A stretch of DNA of 38,262 bases. It comes from Candidatus Omnitrophota bacterium. GTDB taxonomy: Bacteria > Omnitrophota > Gorgyraeia > Gygaellales > Profunditerraquicolaceae. Below are positions 22,501-25,500 of this stretch, one piece after another. A model generated the notes under the pieces. The model did no database searches. It saw only the letters and a list, made by a program, of their open reading frames with translations, and was not told the origin of the DNA. Positions within the stretch are counted from its first letter, which is position 1; the number at the start of each line of letters is the position of its first letter. The DNA is taken from assembly GCA_028715095.1 (NCBI GenBank), contig JAQUSM010000001.1, forward strand, positions 1 through 38,262. The letters run 5' to 3'. The translations under genes and the position numbers were made by a program.

Positions 22501-25500
22501 GCGAGGTTGCAGGAAGTGTTTAAATGGGATGATTACTTCGGGAATTTTACCTCTGAGATGTGGATTGAGCTTTTACGTTGCAAGGGAGTTAAAGAATTAA
22601 AGGGCTTAGATATAAAGGATGGAATACTAATAAAACAGGGTGATACCGTAAATGACGAGCAGGCAATGTTCCTTATTGAAAAAGGAGGGGTGAGGGTTAG
22701 CGAAGATGCACATGGAATTTGGATCGCGGATTTAGAGGAAGGAAATTATGTCGGAGAAATAGGCGCGGGATCTTCAAATAGGCTGCGTACAGCCACAGTG
22801 CGGATAAAAGAGGGAGCATCGGAAACGAAATTTTTGGCAATACCTATGAGTGTATTTAGTGCCCTGGGGCTATCCCGGGTATTTTCGGAAATAAGCAGGC
22901 AACGCAGCAACCGTCTGAAAAGCAGGGAAAGATTAGCCGAGAAGGATTACACTCGTATATTGAAAAAATATCCGGATACAGAGTTTGATGAAGATAGCCC
23001 TGTAACAAAAGCTTATAACCTGGCATTAAAAATTATCAATCCAAAAGAAAACCCGTTGTCCGTGGACGTTACTTACCATAATCCTTACCATTGGAATGAG
23101 TTGCTTGATTTTATCGATGTTGTCCTCCAGGGTATGGGGGATAATCTAAAGAATAAGAATAGGAAAATTATATTTATGTTGGCAAGGGTTGCGGCATATT
23201 TGCACGACATAGGGTATTATTTATCTAATGACCAAGGGAAGTTCACCGTTGTTGGACACGAAGACAGAAGCAAGGAATTTGTGCGTAACAATATGAAAGA
23301 GTTAGGGCTTAGCAGCCGCTATGTCAATGCAATCCAGTTTATGATAGAACATACTAAACTTAAAATAGGGGAGGAATTTGAAAATAAATTGGGTTTAATA
23401 AACCGGGCGTTAGCGGAAATGCACAATGGTAAATTATCTGATAAAACAGAGGTTTTTCTTAAAGAAATTTTGCCTGATTTAGACTTGAATCTGGCTAGTG
23501 ATCTTGATTTTGCTAACGATGTTTTAATCGCTGCTAAGGCTCTTGCCGTAGCAGACCTGTATGCGGCAACTGTTGATATGGTTCCGTTTTTGTGGCTTGA
23601 ATTTACGTTGGAAGGTTCTCCGGCAGGCAAGACGACTATGTTAGAACAAATAGCGGCCTCCCGCGATTTTCATAAAGGCGTTGTTGAACCGCAACGGTTA
23701 AAATTGCTTTTAGGGGGAGGTTTCGGGTTAGAAAAGTTAATAATGGATAGTGGCTTGTTAGAGCGGTTAAAGAGCGCCAGAGAGAAAAATATCGGCATAA
23801 TGCAGCAGTATGCCGAAGCGGTAAAGCAGATAAAGGCAATTGATACTGCCGAATCAGTTAAAAAAACAGCTGAAACGAATTTAGTAAATCTTATTAACGG
23901 CCTTGATGATGATATGGTTGGTCCGCTTAAAGATGAGTTGTTGGCTGAAGTAAAAACACTTGTTTTAAAAAGCAGCGCTGTTGGCGCGGGTTCGGCTTTA
24001 CAAAATCCGGAAACAGGATTAATCGGCAGTAAAACACTTGGAAATTATAAATTTGTTCTGCAAGGCCAGGGCAAAGAAGGATACTTGTTAAAGATTTTTG
24101 GCAAAAGGGGTGTCGCAGGAGAAATAAAATTTAGATTATATAATCTTCCCGATGACAGAAAAGGAGTCTTTGTGGAAAATGTATTTGCTAGTGATGCTTA
24201 TCGCAAAGATTTTAGGAAAGATTTTGAAAAAGGGATATATTCAAATATGCTAAAAGAGATTATAGAGATAGGGGAACAGTATTCCCGTGGCATAAATAAA
24301 GTAACCGAAATAACCGGAGCGATAAATAATCTGGAGACTCTTCAGGGTCTTTATGGCGCTATTGCCGGCAGTCGCCCAACAGAAGAACGGGAAGAGGTTG
24401 AAAGGCTAAGTGGTGTAGAGAAAAAGAATTATTATGAACATACAGAACCGCTGATTAAGATGTTAAAGAAAGCCATAATTGAAGAGATGGGTAGCGAAGA
24501 AGGCAGGATGGAGCTTGATAGGAAACTTCCGGATACCCTTTTAGTAAAAGCCAGGTCAGGCGGGGGTTTCTCGGGAAATCACCATATGCGGGTAGAGGGA
24601 GATCAGATAATCCTTATATCTAATACGCCGGTTAATTCCGCAGGCTCCTCACTCGAGATGCGTCCAGAAGAAGCCGCTAAATTAATAAGGGAGGCAGCGC
24701 AGGAAAACTATGAAAAATGGGGCCTTTTATCCGAGCGTTTAAAAACAGCAAGGCGTATTTTGGTCCGGGTTCCCGGACGCGATAACCGTGGCGGCCACGA
24801 ATTTCCATTAGGGGAGATAGCTGCTACTCTGCCCATATTAATCAAAGCGCTGATTATTTCTGGAGAAAGCATCGAAAAAATAATAGTGCAATGTGATTCT
24901 TATCCGGAATTGGTAGAAGCGTTAGGAGAAAATAGGGTCAAATTAGCTGAGCCTAGTAAGACAACCGACGAATTAAGGTCTATTTATTCCCCGGATTTGG
25001 TTATTGATTTTGACACGGTAGCATTAGGTGAAGAAATTCCGGAAAACACAGTAAAGTTCCCAGTGGCAAAATTATGGATGTCTTTAGATCGTCACAGGGA
25101 AATGCGTGAAATTTTAACTTCAGCAGGATTAAGCATTCCTAAAGAAGGCCAAGCAATTATCAGGAGAGAAAGGGAAAAGGATGGGCAGACGGCCATATTT
25201 GTAAATCCGCATAGTGACAGCAATAAGAATGATAATGTAGATTTGTGGGTAGGGTTAATACGGGAACTTGTTTCAAGGGGGTATAAAGTAGTACTTAATT
25301 CGGGTAAAGAGGCAGGAAAAGACCAGGCACATACAAAAAATATATTAGAAAAGCTTAGAGAAGAAGTGAGATTGGGGGATGTGAAAGAATTTAAAGGGAG
25401 TATTACGGATCTTTTAAATACCTTCTCAAAGAAAATAGACGGAGTAGTAACTATCGATAGCGGTATATTCCACGTAGTGCACAATTTGTATTCCTTACCT

